64,000 nt of DNA. Origin: Myxococcota bacterium (GTDB lineage Bacteria > Myxococcota_A > UBA9160 > JAFDDA01). Below, in pieces: positions 29,584 through 40,026 of this stretch. The position numbers and the translations under genes are program-made. Numbering within the stretch: position 1 is the stretch's first letter; each line of letters starts with the position of its first letter. The stretch lies in assembly GCA_965228475.1 (NCBI GenBank), contig OZ245817.1:2272001-2336000 (forward strand). Direction: 5' to 3'. The notes below the pieces were generated by a model. That model did no database searches. It was not told the DNA's origin and saw nothing but the letters and a program-made list of their open reading frames with translations.

Positions 29584-32276
29584 GCCCGCGCGCTCGCTTG
29601 GCCCTCGAGACGCCCATGATGCGCCAGTTCCTGGCGATCAAGGCCGAACATCCGGACGCGATCCTGCTCTACCGCATGGGCGACTTCTACGAGATGTTCC
29701 TCGAAGACGCCGAGCGGGCGGCGCCGCTGCTCGAGATCGCTCTCACGACGCGCGACAAGGGCAAACCCGACGCCGTTCCCATGTGCGGCATCCCCGTGCA
29801 CAGCGCCGACGGCTACGTGAAGCGGCTGACGGAGCTCGGGCACCGCGTCGCGATCTGCGAGCAGGTCGAAGACCCGCGACAGACGAAGAAGCTCGTGAAG
29901 CGCCAGGTGGTCGAGGTCGTGACGCCGGGCCTCGTGGGCGACCCGGAAGGACTCGAGGGCAACCAGGAGGTGGCGGTGGTCGCCCTGGTTCCCGGAAGCG
30001 ATGGGCGAGACGCGGGCCTCGCCGCCCTCGAGGTCTCGACGGGCGACTTCCGGATGACGAGCGTGCCCGACCCGCAGGGCGAGGGCCTGCCGTCCGCACT
30101 CCTCGAAGAGGTCGAGCGGATTGCGCCACGCGAGGTGCTCCATCCCGAGGAGGCGCAGCCCCGCGTGATCGACGCCGTGCGGCTGCACCTGCCGAACGCG
30201 GCGCTCACGCCGATCCGCGCGGGCGAAGGCGAGAGCGAGACTTCCGTCGACGGTCTCGAGCCCGGCGACCGAACGCCCTCGGGCCGAGCCGCCGCCGCCC
30301 TCGTCGACTACCTCGCCGCGAACCAGCCCTTCGCCCTCGATCAGGTCCAGCGCCTCCGCCGCTACGCGCTCTCGGACGCGATGGTCATCGATGCCTCGAC
30401 GCGGCGTCACCTCGAACTCTTCGAGAGCAGCGAGGACCGCAGCCGCCACGGCACCCTCGTCGCGACGCTCGACCGCACCCGGTGTGCGCCGGGGGCCCGG
30501 CGCCTCGCGCGCTGGATCGCCTACCCGCTCCTCGGCGTCGATGCCGTGGCCCGGCGCCAGGAGGGCGTGGCCTGGCTTGCGGAGCGGGACCGGGTTCGCG
30601 CCCGGCTGCGCACGGCGCTCTCCGGCGTTCGCGACCCGGAGCGCCTGCTCGCGAAGGCGGGCCGGCCCAACGCCGGGCCGCGTGATCTCGCCGCCCTGCG
30701 GGATGCGCTGGCGGCCCTCCCGGCGGTGAGCGAGGCCCTGGCGGAGGAGGCGGGCTCGGAGCGTGGGCTCGCGCCGCATCGCCCGGAGGTCGTCGTGGCG
30801 CCGGAGCCCGTGCCGGCCGCCGTGGACCTGCTCGCCGAGGCGCTGGTGGACGACCCGCCCGTGATCCCGCGCGGCTCCCGCGGCGCGAACGAGACCGGCT
30901 ACATCCGCGACGGCTTCCGTCCGGAGCTCGACGCCCTTCGCGAAGCCGCACGGAAGGGCCGCGAGTGGATCGCCGGGCTCGAGACCAAGGAGCGCGAGCG
31001 GACGGGCATCGCCACCCTGAAGATGCGCTTCCACCCGGTGCACGGCTACGCGATCGAGGTGAGCAAGTCTCAGCTCGGCAAGGTCCCGGAGGACTACGAG
31101 CGCAAACAGACCCTCGCGAACGCCGAGCGTTTCACGACGCCGGAGCTGCGCGACGTCGAGAGCTCCGTGCTCGGCGCGAGCGATCGTGCCGCCGCTCTCG
31201 AACGCGAGGTGTTCGAAGGGGTCCGCCGCGAGGTGTTGACCCACGGCGCCGCCATCCACGCGGCGGCGGACGCGGCGGCGAACCTCGACGCCCTGGCCTC
31301 GCTGGCCGAGGTGGCGCGGGAGGGCGGCTGGATCCGGCCGGAGGTCGACGACAGCCGCGTCGTCGCGATCGCGGGAGGGCGGCACCCGGTGATCGAGCCG
31401 CTGCTCCGGGCCCAGGGCAGCGAGGAGTTCGTCCCGAACGATGCCCACCTCGACCCCGACGGGACGGGGATCCTGCTCCTCACCGGGCCGAACATGTCGG
31501 GCAAGAGCACCTACCTCCGGCAGGTCGCCCTGATCGTGCTGCTCGCGCAGATGGGCTCCTTCGTCCCGGCGGACTCCGCGCGCATCGGCGTGGTCGACCG
31601 TGTCTTCACGCGGGTGGGCGCTTCGGACCGCCTCGCCCGGGGCGAGTCCACGTTCATGGTCGAGATGCGCGAAGCGGCGGAGATCCTCGGGCAGGCGTCG
31701 GGCCAGAGCCTCGTGATCCTCGACGAGATCGGGCGCGGCACGAGCACCTTCGACGGCCTCTCGATCGCCTGGGCCGTGGCGGAGTACCTCCACGACACGC
31801 CCGGGCTTTGTCCACGAACGCTCTTCGCGACGCACTACCACGAGCTGACCGAGCTGGCCGCGACCAAGGAACACGTCGGCAACGCGCACTTCGAGGTGCG
31901 CGAGTGGAAGGACGAGGTCGTGTTCCTGCGAAGGATCGCGCCCGGGGGCGCGAACCGCTCCTACGGCATCCAGGTCGCGCGTCTCGCGGGCCTGCCCGCC
32001 GAGGTGATTCGCCGGGCCCACGAGATCCTCGCGAATCTCGAGTCGGGGGAGCGGGATGCCGAGGGCCGCTCGCGCCTGGCGGGAACGCCGGCCGGGGGCG
32101 GGAGCGATTCGCAGCTCGGCCTGTTCGCGGGGAACGCCGCGGGAGGCGTGCGCGTCGAGGAGCGCGAAGTCCTCGACGGGCTGCGCGCGCTCGAGCCCGA
32201 CCGGCTGACGCCCCTCGAGGCGCTGACGATGCTCGCCTCGCTGCGGGATCGGCTTCCTCCCGAGGAGGGGTCGTGA
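29580..32276 (+). CDS. mutS: DNA mismatch repair protein MutS
   Basis: TPMMRQF, RMGDFYEMF, GRHPVIE, TGPNMSGKST, STFMVEM, DEIGRGTST and ATHYHEL. Confidence 0.97.
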   Translation: MSPRARLALETPMMRQFLAIKAEHPDAILLYRMGDFYEMFLEDAERAAPLLEIALTTRDKGKPDAVPMCGIPVHSADGYVKRLTELGHRVAICEQVEDPRQTKKLVKRQVVEVVTPGLVGDPEGLEGNQEVAVVALVPGSDGRDAGLAALEVSTGDFRMTSVPDPQGEGLPSALLEEVERIAPREVLHPEEAQPRVIDAVRLHLPNAALTPIRAGEGESETSVDGLEPGDRTPSGRAAAALVDYLAANQPFALDQVQRLRRYALSDAMVIDASTRRHLELFESSEDRSRHGTLVATLDRTRCAPGARRLARWIAYPLLGVDAVARRQEGVAWLAERDRVRARLRTALSGVRDPERLLAKAGRPNAGPRDLAALRDALAALPAVSEALAEEAGSERGLAPHRPEVVVAPEPVPAAVDLLAEALVDDPPVIPRGSRGANETGYIRDGFRPELDALREAARKGREWIAGLETKERERTGIATLKMRFHPVHGYAIEVSKSQLGKVPEDYERKQTLANAERFTTPELRDVESSVLGASDRAAALEREVFEGVRREVLTHGAAIHAAADAAANLDALASLAEVAREGGWIRPEVDDSRVVAIAGGRHPVIEPLLRAQGSEEFVPNDAHLDPDGTGILLLTGPNMSGKSTYLRQVALIVLLAQMGSFVPADSARIGVVDRVFTRVGASDRLARGESTFMVEMREAAEILGQASGQSLVILDEIGRGTSTFDGLSIAWAVAEYLHDTPGLCPRTLFATHYHELTELAATKEHVGNAHFEVREWKDEVVFLRRIAPGGANRSYGIQVARLAGLPAEVIRRAHEILANLESGERDAEGRSRLAGTPAGGGSDSQLGLFAGNAAGGVRVEEREVLDGLRALEPDRLTPLEALTMLASLRDRLPPEEGS

Positions 32277-34975
32277 GCGCTCGCCCCGTCATCCGCCGCG
32301 CGCTCGGGGAGGTCGATCCGAAGTCCCAGGAGTGGGTGCCGGCGATCCGCGGCTACCTCGAGGGGGTGCAGGCGTACCTGCTCAAGCTCCACCGCGACGA
32401 GACGAGCGCCCGCACCGTCAACGCGGCGCACTCGGACCTCGTCGACGAGCTGGTGACGGCCCTCTACGACCGCGCGGTCGAGGCGGCGGGCGATCAGAGC
32501 TGGCGTCGGGGCGACCGCCTGAGCGTGCTGGCCGTCGGGGGCTACGGCCGTCAGGAGATGGCGATCTATTCGGACATCGATCTCCTGCTCCTGCACGCGC
32601 GCCGGCCGACGGCCTGGGTGAAGGCGGTGTGCGAGAAGCTCCAGTACTGGCTGTGGGACTCGGGGCTCCAGGTCGGCGCGGCGACGCGCGATGCGCGCGA
32701 GACCCGTCGCATGGCGAGCCAGGACGGGACGGTCCGCACCGCGCTGCTCGACTTGCGCGTCCTGGCCGGCGACGCGGAGGTCGGGGCGATCCTGCGCGAG
32801 AAGGTCCGCAAGGACGTGAAGCGTCACGCCGCGAGTCTCATTCAGGCCCGCATGGACGACATCCGCGACCGGCACAAGCGTTACGAAGAGTCGATCTACC
32901 TCCTGCAGCCCAACCTGAAGGAGGGCGCGGGCGGTCTGCGCGACTACCACGCCGCCTGCTGGGCGACGGTGGCCGCCTTCGGCACCGAAGGCTCCCTCGA
33001 GGCGCTCGCGCGTCTCAAGCTCCTCACGGACGCGGAGGAGGCGGAGTATCGCGAGGCGCTCGACTTCCTCTGGCGCACACGCAACGAGCTCCACCTCGTG
33101 GCCGGGCGCAAGAACGACCAGATGAGCTTCGAGCTCCAGGACCGGATCGCCCGGACCTTCGGCTACGCCGAAGACGACGACGCGGGCTCCCTTCCCGTCG
33201 AGCGCTTCATGCGCGACTACTACCGCCACGTCCGGGTGGTGCGGAGTACGTCCGAGCTGGTGCTGGGGCAGTGTCTCGCCCACGCGCGCGGGCCACGCGT
33301 GCGGCGCGTGGTCCGGGAGGTCGAGGACGGCTTCCGCATCGCGGACGGCCATCTCGAGGTCCCGGACGCCGAGCACCTCCGGGCGAAACCCGGCCGCCTG
33401 CTCTCCGTCTTCCACGTCGCCCAGAGTCACGACGTCCCGCTCTCGCGGACGGCCCAGCGCCTCGTCCGCGAGAACCTCGACCTGATGGACGACGCCTACC
33501 GCAGCGACTCCGAGAACACCGCCCAGTTCCTCGCCATCCTCGAGGCCGAGCATCAGGTCATGCGGACGCTGATGACGATGAACGAGGTCGGGGCACTGGC
33601 GGCGTTCCTTCCCGAGTGGGAGCACATCGTCTGCCGCTGGCAGCAGGTCATCTATCACACCTACACCGTCGACGTGCACAGCATCTTCCTCGTGGAAGAG
33701 CTCCGCCGGCTCTGGAAGAACGAGTACCAGGGCTTCGTGCCGGACCTGACCGACCTCATCCAGAACGACGTGCCGGACAAGGCGGTCCTCTACCTCGGCT
33801 GCCTGCTGCACGACATCGGGAAGGGCTTCGGCGGCGACCACTCGGAGAAGGGCTTCGACCGCGCGGTGCGCTGCGTCGAGCGGCTCGGGCTCGAACCGCT
33901 GCGCGCGGCGCGGGTCTGTTACCTGGTGAAGTATCACCTGTTCATGTCGCACGTCGCGCAGCGCCGCGACCTCTCGGACCCGAAGCTGATCGTCGAGTTC
34001 GCGCGTCAGGCCGGCGACCGGGAGAACCTGCGCAACCTCTATCTACTGACCTTCGCCGACATCCGGGCCTCCTCGCCCACGGCCTGGACGGAGTGGAAGG
34101 GGCAGCTCCTGCGGGAGCTCTTCGAGCGGACCTCGGAGTTCCTCGAGGCCGGCGGCGAGGATCCGCGCCGGGCCCTCGAGCAGGTCCAGGCCCGCGTCGA
34201 CGAGCGGCGCGAGGCCGCGCGCAAGGAGATCCAGGCCCAGGGCGTCGGCGACGGCCGCATCGACGAGTTCTTCTCCGTGATGCCCCAGCGCTATTTCATC
34301 TCGCACACCCCGCGCCAGATCACCCGGCACGCGATGGTGGCCTTCAGTCTGAAGCCCGAGGACAAGATGGCGACGGCTGTTCGGGCCAAGGGTGACGTCA
34401 GTGAGTTCATCCTGTGCACCCGCGACGTGCACGGCCTCTACTCGACGACGGCCGGGGCGATCACCGCCGCGAACCTGAACATCCTCGGCTCCCACGTCTA
34501 CACGACACGCTCGGGGCTGGCCCTCGAGATCTACCGGGTCGAGACGCCGGGAGGGGGGCCGGAAGAGCAGGAGGTGGCCTGGAACCGCCTCCGCGAGATT
34601 CTCGAGGGAGCCCTCGACGAACGCGTCGACCTCGGAACGCTGGTGCACCAGGGCCGGGTGAAGGTCGGCATGCAGGGACCGCCCGTGCAGAGTCCGCAAT
34701 CGGTCCTGATCTCGAACTCCGAATCCGACTTCTACACGATCGTCGACGTGGCGGCGAACGACCGGCGCGGCCTGCTCTACGACCTCACGCGGGTGATCGC
34801 CGGCATGGGATTCGAGATCTTCATCTCGAAGGCCGCGACGATTCTCGATCAAGTGACCGACACCTTCTACCTGAAGGACGGGAACGGCAAGAAGATCACG
34901 GACACGGAGCAGCTTCGGCGTCTGGAAGAGGCGCTGGCGGCCGTGCTCGAAGACGAAACCACCGAGGCTGCATGA
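32273..34975 (+). CDS. glnD: [Protein-PII] uridylyltransferase
   Basis: AVGGYGR..SDIDL, NLKEGAGGLRD, HTYTVDVH, LLHDIGKG and two C-terminal ACT domains (DRRGLLY). Confidence 0.93.
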   Translation: MSARPVIRRALGEVDPKSQEWVPAIRGYLEGVQAYLLKLHRDETSARTVNAAHSDLVDELVTALYDRAVEAAGDQSWRRGDRLSVLAVGGYGRQEMAIYSDIDLLLLHARRPTAWVKAVCEKLQYWLWDSGLQVGAATRDARETRRMASQDGTVRTALLDLRVLAGDAEVGAILREKVRKDVKRHAASLIQARMDDIRDRHKRYEESIYLLQPNLKEGAGGLRDYHAACWATVAAFGTEGSLEALARLKLLTDAEEAEYREALDFLWRTRNELHLVAGRKNDQMSFELQDRIARTFGYAEDDDAGSLPVERFMRDYYRHVRVVRSTSELVLGQCLAHARGPRVRRVVREVEDGFRIADGHLEVPDAEHLRAKPGRLLSVFHVAQSHDVPLSRTAQRLVRENLDLMDDAYRSDSENTAQFLAILEAEHQVMRTLMTMNEVGALAAFLPEWEHIVCRWQQVIYHTYTVDVHSIFLVEELRRLWKNEYQGFVPDLTDLIQNDVPDKAVLYLGCLLHDIGKGFGGDHSEKGFDRAVRCVERLGLEPLRAARVCYLVKYHLFMSHVAQRRDLSDPKLIVEFARQAGDRENLRNLYLLTFADIRASSPTAWTEWKGQLLRELFERTSEFLEAGGEDPRRALEQVQARVDERREAARKEIQAQGVGDGRIDEFFSVMPQRYFISHTPRQITRHAMVAFSLKPEDKMATAVRAKGDVSEFILCTRDVHGLYSTTAGAITAANLNILGSHVYTTRSGLALEIYRVETPGGGPEEQEVAWNRLREILEGALDERVDLGTLVHQGRVKVGMQGPPVQSPQSVLISNSESDFYTIVDVAANDRRGLLYDLTRVIAGMGFEIFISKAATILDQVTDTFYLKDGNGKKITDTEQLRRLEEALAAVLEDETTEAA

Positions 34976-35012
34976 GGCTTCTCTCCGCGGCTCGAAACCT
35001 TCGCGAAGCGCC

Positions 35013-36002
35013 GTGAGCCGAGCGCCGGCCCTCGATGCGAGCATCGACGCGTTCCTGCTCCACACGGGCGTCGAGCGGAACCTGTCTCCGAAGACGGTCG
35101 AAGCCTACGGCCGCGACCTGGCGCGCTTCGCGGAGTACCTGGGCGGTCAGGGCGTCGCGTCGCTCGGAGACCTCGCGACGAAGCACGTGACCGGGTTCGT
35201 GCGCCACCTCGAGGCCGTGGGCCTCGCCGCGCGCAGCCGGGCCCGGGCGCTCTCGGCGGTTCGGCGGCTGGTGCAGTTCGGCGCCCGCCGCGGCGAGTGC
35301 GTCGCCGACCCGGTCGACGGCGTGACGGCGCCGCGCTTCGGCGCACCGCTGCCGCGCACCCTGCGTAGCGACGAGACCCAAGCCCTGCTCGACGCGACGG
35401 ACCCCGAGGACCCCCTCGGCTGCCGCGATCGCGCCATGCTCGAGGTGCTCTACGGTGCGGGGCTGCGCGTCTCCGAGCTGGTGAGCCTGCCCCTGGCCGG
35501 GCTCGACCGGCGGGCGGGCTGGGTCCGCGTGCTGGGGAAGGGGCGCAAGGAGCGGATCGTTCCGCTCGGCGATCCGGCGCTCGAGGCCCTCGACCGCTAC
35601 CTGGCCGAGGCCCGGCCCTTGCTCGCCCGCGCATCGCGCCGGAACTCGGACGCCGTGTTCCTCTCGCGCCGGGGCGCGGCGATGACGCGGCAGAACTTCT
35701 TCGACCGGCTGCGCGGAATCGCCCGCAAGGCGGGCATCCCGACGGAGCGCGTCTCACCCCACGTCCTGCGCCACGCCTTCGCGACCGACCTCCTCGAGGG
35801 CGGTGCCGACCTGCGCGCGGTGCAGACGATGCTCGGCCACGCGGATCTCGCGACGACCGAGATCTACACCCACGTCAGCCGGAAACGGCTGCGATCGACG
35901 GTCGAGGCCAAGCACCCCCGTGGCCGGCGCGCGAAGGGGGCCGGCGCGAAGGCCGGGGGCCCGCCGCAGCCGCGGCCGGGGAAGCCCAAGCGGCGCACGT
36001 GA
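35013..36002 (+). CDS. xerD: Tyrosine recombinase XerD
   Basis: [41 protein letters not shown] and TEIYTHV. Housekeeping context. Confidence 0.9.
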   Translation: MSRAPALDASIDAFLLHTGVERNLSPKTVEAYGRDLARFAEYLGGQGVASLGDLATKHVTGFVRHLEAVGLAARSRARALSAVRRLVQFGARRGECVADPVDGVTAPRFGAPLPRTLRSDETQALLDATDPEDPLGCRDRAMLEVLYGAGLRVSELVSLPLAGLDRRAGWVRVLGKGRKERIVPLGDPALEALDRYLAEARPLLARASRRNSDAVFLSRRGAAMTRQNFFDRLRGIARKAGIPTERVSPHVLRHAFATDLLEGGADLRAVQTMLGHADLATTEIYTHVSRKRLRSTVEAKHPRGRRAKGAGAKAGGPPQPRPGKPKRRT

Positions 36003-37318
36003 GCGAGCCGACCCTGGCAGAGATCCGCGCCGCCATGCCCGAGGCGGCGCGGCCCTTGCTCGATGCCGTGCTGCGCACCGCGCGCGAGGAGAAGCTCTCG
36101 ATCCTGCTCGTCGGCGGGCCGGTGCGGGACCACCTGCTCGGCATCCCCATCCGGGACGTCGATCTGATCGTCGAACCCCAGGAGGGCCGGGACGCGGCGT
36201 GGCTGGCGGAGCGGGCCGCACCGGATGCGCCGAGGGTGGTCCACGGGCGCTTCGGGACGGTGACGCTCGGCCGTGGCGAGGCCCAGCTCGACGTCGCGAC
36301 GGTCCGGGACGAGAGCTACGCGCACCCCGGAGCGCTGCCGACCGTCGGCCCCGGCACGCTCGAGACGGACCTCGCGCGGCGGGACTTCACCGTCAACGCG
36401 ATGGCGCTGCCCCTCTCGCCGGTGGCCCGGCGCCGCCACAGCGGGCTCGTCGACCCGATGGGGGGGCTCGCGGACCTCCACGAGAAGGTCCTTCGCATTC
36501 ATCACCCGCGCAGCTTCTGCGACGATCCCACCCGCGCCCTGCGCGCCGCCCGCCTCTCGCCCCGGCTCGGCTTCGGCCTCGAACGGAGGTCACGGGCCGC
36601 GCTCCGCGACGCGCTTCGCGAAGGCGCCTTCGGACGCGTGAGCGGCGACCGCTTGCGCCGGGAACTCACGAAGCTTTTCGCGGACGCACCGCTCCACCTG
36701 AACCCCGCCGAGGCGCTCCGCTGTCTCGCGAAGTGGCACGTGATGGCGGCGATCGAGCCCGGCCTCGAGCTGCCCCGAACCGTGGTCACGCCCCTGCGCC
36801 GGCTCGGTCGAAGCCTCGCCGAGCCTCCCTTCGCGCTCCGCGGCCGCGCCGTCCTCTCCGGCCTCTGTCTCTGGTTCGCACCGCTCCCGGCCGGGCTGCG
36901 GCGGCGGGCCGGCGAGCGCTTCGGGCTGAGAGGGGAGGGCCTCGAGCGCGTCGTCGCCTTCCCGAAGAACCGCGACCGCTGGCTGAAGGGGCTCACGCGG
37001 GCGCGCGGCCGCGGCGCGATCGACGCCGTGCTCCACCCGATCGGGGACGAGGAGCTGTTGGCGCTCCACGCGGGCGCGCCGCCGACCCTGGCGCGCCGCG
37101 TCGCGCGCTGGGCCGGGGAGGACCGCCGCCGCAGCGCGCCGATCGACGGCCGCGACCTGGTCGCCGCCGGGCTGGCCGGCCCGGCCCTGGGGCGGGCCCT
37201 CGCCCGGGTCCGTACCGCCTTCCTCGACGGCGAGGTCCGCACCCGCGACGAAGCCCTCGCCCTGGCGGACGAACTGGCCCGCCGGGCCGGTGCCCGGCAC
37301 CGCCGCAAGAAGGCCTGA
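35999..37318 (+). CDS. Class II tRNA nucleotidyltransferase (CCA family, possibly A-adding type)
   Basis: [39 protein letters not shown] and [12 protein letters not shown]. Confidence 0.88.
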   Translation: MSEPTLAEIRAAMPEAARPLLDAVLRTAREEKLSILLVGGPVRDHLLGIPIRDVDLIVEPQEGRDAAWLAERAAPDAPRVVHGRFGTVTLGRGEAQLDVATVRDESYAHPGALPTVGPGTLETDLARRDFTVNAMALPLSPVARRRHSGLVDPMGGLADLHEKVLRIHHPRSFCDDPTRALRAARLSPRLGFGLERRSRAALRDALREGAFGRVSGDRLRRELTKLFADAPLHLNPAEALRCLAKWHVMAAIEPGLELPRTVVTPLRRLGRSLAEPPFALRGRAVLSGLCLWFAPLPAGLRRRAGERFGLRGEGLERVVAFPKNRDRWLKGLTRARGRGAIDAVLHPIGDEELLALHAGAPPTLARRVARWAGEDRRRSAPIDGRDLVAAGLAGPALGRALARVRTAFLDGEVRTRDEALALADELARRAGARHRRKKA

Positions 37319-37368
37319 GGGCGCGCCAGGGCACGGGGCCGGCTCGGCTCCGCGGTCGAGCTTTCGCC

Positions 37369-37397
37369 TTGCCCGCCCCCGAGGGATTGCCCATATT
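37369..37397 (+). promoter_or_regulatory. Putative sigma-70 promoter of scpAB-rluB
   Basis: TTGCCC-N17-CATATT. Confidence 0.4.
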
Positions 37398-37444
37398 CGT
37401 GTGGCCCTCCTGCCCCAGTGTTCGCACATCCTCCGGGGAAGCCC

Positions 37445-38299
37445 ATGGAGAATCCCGAAGCCGGGGTTCCGGTCCCGACAGAACTGACTCCGGAAGCGCT
37501 CGCGGGGCCCCGCGAAGCGGCGCCCTACGCCGTGAAGCTGCCCATCTTCGAAGGGCCCCTCGACCTGCTCCTGCACCTGATCCGGCTGAACGAGGTCGAG
37601 ATCACGGACATCCCGATCGCCCGCATCTGCGAGCAGTACCTTGGGTACCTCGACGTGATGCGCGAGCTCAACATCGACGTCGCGAGCGAGTACCTGGTCA
37701 TGGCGGCGACGCTCGCGTGGATCAAGTCGCAGATGCTGCTCCCGATCGAGGTCGAGGAAGAGGAAGAGGCCCTCGACCCGCGGGCCGAGCTCGTGCGGCG
37801 CCTGCTCGACTACCAGCGGTACAAGGAGGTCGCCGAACAGCTCGGGGACCGGCACCGGCTCGGGCGCGACGTCTTCGCGGCGCGCGCGACCGAGCCCGAG
37901 AAGGAGCCCGAGGCCGAGCGCGAGATCACCGCGGACCTCACCGCACTGCTCGGCGCCCTGCGCGACGTCCTGCGCTCCGCGCCGGCATCGGGCGCGGCCC
38001 ACGAGCTCGAGGTCGAGCCCGTCACCGTGCGCGAGCGCATGATCGCCGTGATGGAGCGGATCGACGGGGACGAGGCGGTTCCCTTCGAGAGCCTGCTCCG
38101 CGATCCCGGCCCCCACGAGTTCACCAAGGCCATCGTCGTGGCGACGTTCCTCGCGATCCTCGAGCTTGCGCGCCTGGGCAGCCTGCGGCTCTACCAGGGG
38201 CGGAGCGAGAGCGGCGCCCCCGAAGGCCCCATCCACGTCCGCTCGCGCGGCGAAGCGCTCGAAGGCAACTGGGCCGAGCGCATCTCGGAGTACATGTAA
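37445..38299 (+). CDS. scpA: Segregation and condensation protein A
   Basis: FEGPLDLLLHLI, EYLVMAATL..IKS..LLP and TFLAILEL. Confidence 0.94.
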   Translation: MENPEAGVPVPTELTPEALAGPREAAPYAVKLPIFEGPLDLLLHLIRLNEVEITDIPIARICEQYLGYLDVMRELNIDVASEYLVMAATLAWIKSQMLLPIEVEEEEEALDPRAELVRRLLDYQRYKEVAEQLGDRHRLGRDVFAARATEPEKEPEAEREITADLTALLGALRDVLRSAPASGAAHELEVEPVTVRERMIAVMERIDGDEAVPFESLLRDPGPHEFTKAIVVATFLAILELARLGSLRLYQGRSESGAPEGPIHVRSRGEALEGNWAERISEYM

Positions 38300-39018
38300 T
38301 GGATCGGGACGGAAAGCGTCGGCTGGTCGAAGCGTTGATCCTGGCGTCCCCGGAGCCGATCTCGGCGGCGCGGTTGGCGGATCTCGTGCCGCGGGGGAAG
38401 CCCGCGGTGATGGCCGAGTTCGTGAACGAGCTGAACGAGGCGTACGAAGCCCAGGACCGCGGCTTCGAGATCTGGCAGGTGGCCGGCGGCTACCAGATGC
38501 GGACCCGGGCGGACCTCGCGCCCTACGTGCAGCAGATGCACGCCCAGCGCCCGGCGCGCCTCTCGCGCGCGGCGCTCGAATCGCTCGCCATCGTGGCCTA
38601 CCGCCAGCCGGTGACGCGCTCGGAGATCGAGCACGTGCGCGGCGTGGACGTCGGTCCGATCCTGCGCGGCCTGCTCGAGCGCAAGCTGGTTCGCATCGCC
38701 GGCCGGCGTGACGTGCCGGGCCGGCCGATCCTCTACGGGACGACGAAGCGCTTCCTCGAGGTTTTCGGCCTGCCCACCCTGAAGGACCTGCCCGCCCTCC
38801 GCGATCTCGAGGAGCTGCTCGGTGAGGACGGCCTCGGGGTCGGAACGGAGCGCCTGGGCGAGGTCGGCGGAGCCGAAGCGGGAGCGGTCCTGCCGGTGGA
38901 AGCGGGCGAAGATCCCACCCTCGAGACGCTTCCGGAACCGGACGCTCCCGCCGAGCCGGACCCGACGGCCGACGACCCGGAGCCCGCCTCCGCGCCGCCG
39001 CCCGGCGGGCTTCACTGA
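38299..39018 (+). CDS. scpB: Segregation and condensation protein B
   Basis: VEALIL, VAGGYQMRT, LSRAALESLAIVAYRQPVTRSEIE..RGVD and PGRPILYGTT..FL..FGL. Confidence 0.95.
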   Translation: MDRDGKRRLVEALILASPEPISAARLADLVPRGKPAVMAEFVNELNEAYEAQDRGFEIWQVAGGYQMRTRADLAPYVQQMHAQRPARLSRAALESLAIVAYRQPVTRSEIEHVRGVDVGPILRGLLERKLVRIAGRRDVPGRPILYGTTKRFLEVFGLPTLKDLPALRDLEELLGEDGLGVGTERLGEVGGAEAGAVLPVEAGEDPTLETLPEPDAPAEPDPTADDPEPASAPPPGGLH

Positions 39019-39021
39019 CCC

Positions 39022-40026
39022 ATTCGCGAACGACTCCAGAAAATTCTCGCCTCCGCCGGCGTGGCTTCGCGGCGGAAGTGCGAGGAGTTGATCCACGAGG
39101 GCCGGGTCGCAGTCAACGGGGCGACGGCGAAGGTCGGTGATAGCGCCGACCCGACGACGGATCGGATCACCCTCGACGGACGCCGCGTTCGGTACGAACC
39201 GCGCGTCTACTGGGTGCTCAACAAGCCGGCGGGCGTGCTCACGACGGCGCGCGATCCCGGCGGCCGCCGGACCGTGCTCGACCTCGTCGACGAACGCCGC
39301 GCACGGATCTTTCCCGTCGGCCGGCTCGACCGCGAGACCGAAGGGCTTCTGCTCCTCACCAACGACGGCGATCTCTCCCAGGCCCTGCTGCACCCCTCCC
39401 ACGAGAGCCCGCGCACCTACCGGGTGGAGGTCGCCGGGAAGCTGCGCGAAGGCGATGCCCGGCGTCTGGCCGAGGGCGTCGACCTGGGGGAGGGCGAGAT
39501 CACGGCGCCGGCCCGCGTCGATCGCCTGCGGCACCGGCCGCGTTCGGACGTTTCGAGCTTCGAACTCACCCTGATCGAGGGCCGCAATCGGCAGATCCGG
39601 CGCTCGCTCGAACGCCTCGGCCATCCGGTGCGGCGCCTCGTGCGGACGCGCATGGGGCCGCTCTCGCTCGGGAAGATGCCCGTGGGCGGCTCGCGCGAGC
39701 TCACGGCGGCGGAACGCAAGAAGCTGCTCGACCACGCGCGGCGCGGAGGCGAGCGGGCGAGCCGCTCGAAGAAACGGCCCGGCCGCTCGAAGGAAGGTTC
39801 GAAGGGCCGGCCGGGCGCTTCGCCTAGGGGCGGAGGACGGTCCCGATCCGGCGGTCGTTCCAGTAGACGTCCCAAGAGCGGGCGGGATCCATCCGGTCCG
39901 GAAGGACCACGTAGCCGAGCACGACCTCCTCGGCGCCGATCTCCCCGAGCGTTCCCTCGAGGATTCCCATCTGGGCCGGGTCGTCGATCCGGGGACGGAA
40001 CGTGTCGTGGTCCTGGACGAACGTGA
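39022..40026 (+). CDS. rluB: rRNA pseudouridine synthase (RluB/RsuA family); start uncertain (ATT 39022 or GTG 39061)
   Basis: S4 domain ERLQKILASAGVASRRKCEELI, NKPAG, FPVGRLDRETEGLLLLTNDG and EGRNRQIRR. Confidence 0.9.
   Translation: MRERLQKILASAGVASRRKCEELIHEGRVAVNGATAKVGDSADPTTDRITLDGRRVRYEPRVYWVLNKPAGVLTTARDPGGRRTVLDLVDERRARIFPVGRLDRETEGLLLLTNDGDLSQALLHPSHESPRTYRVEVAGKLREGDARRLAEGVDLGEGEITAPARVDRLRHRPRSDVSSFELTLIEGRNRQIRRSLERLGHPVRRLVRTRMGPLSLGKMPVGGSRELTAAERKKLLDHARRGGERASRSKKRPGRSKEGSKGRPGASPRGGGRSRSGGRSSRRPKSGRDPSGPEGPRSRARPPRRRSPRAFPRGFPSGPGRRSGDGTCRGPGRT

Noticed and set aside
30965..34975. Apparent giant fusion ORFs (1336 aa at 30965, 1071 aa at 35803, 1116 aa at 59633-62983, 755 aa at 18210)
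   Set aside because: These are stop-free upstream extensions overlapping other genes. True starts are at 32273, 38299, 61174 and 19674.
35013..36002. Integrase marking a mobile element
   Set aside because: XerD-type sequence in a housekeeping run, with no att repeats, cargo or composition shift.
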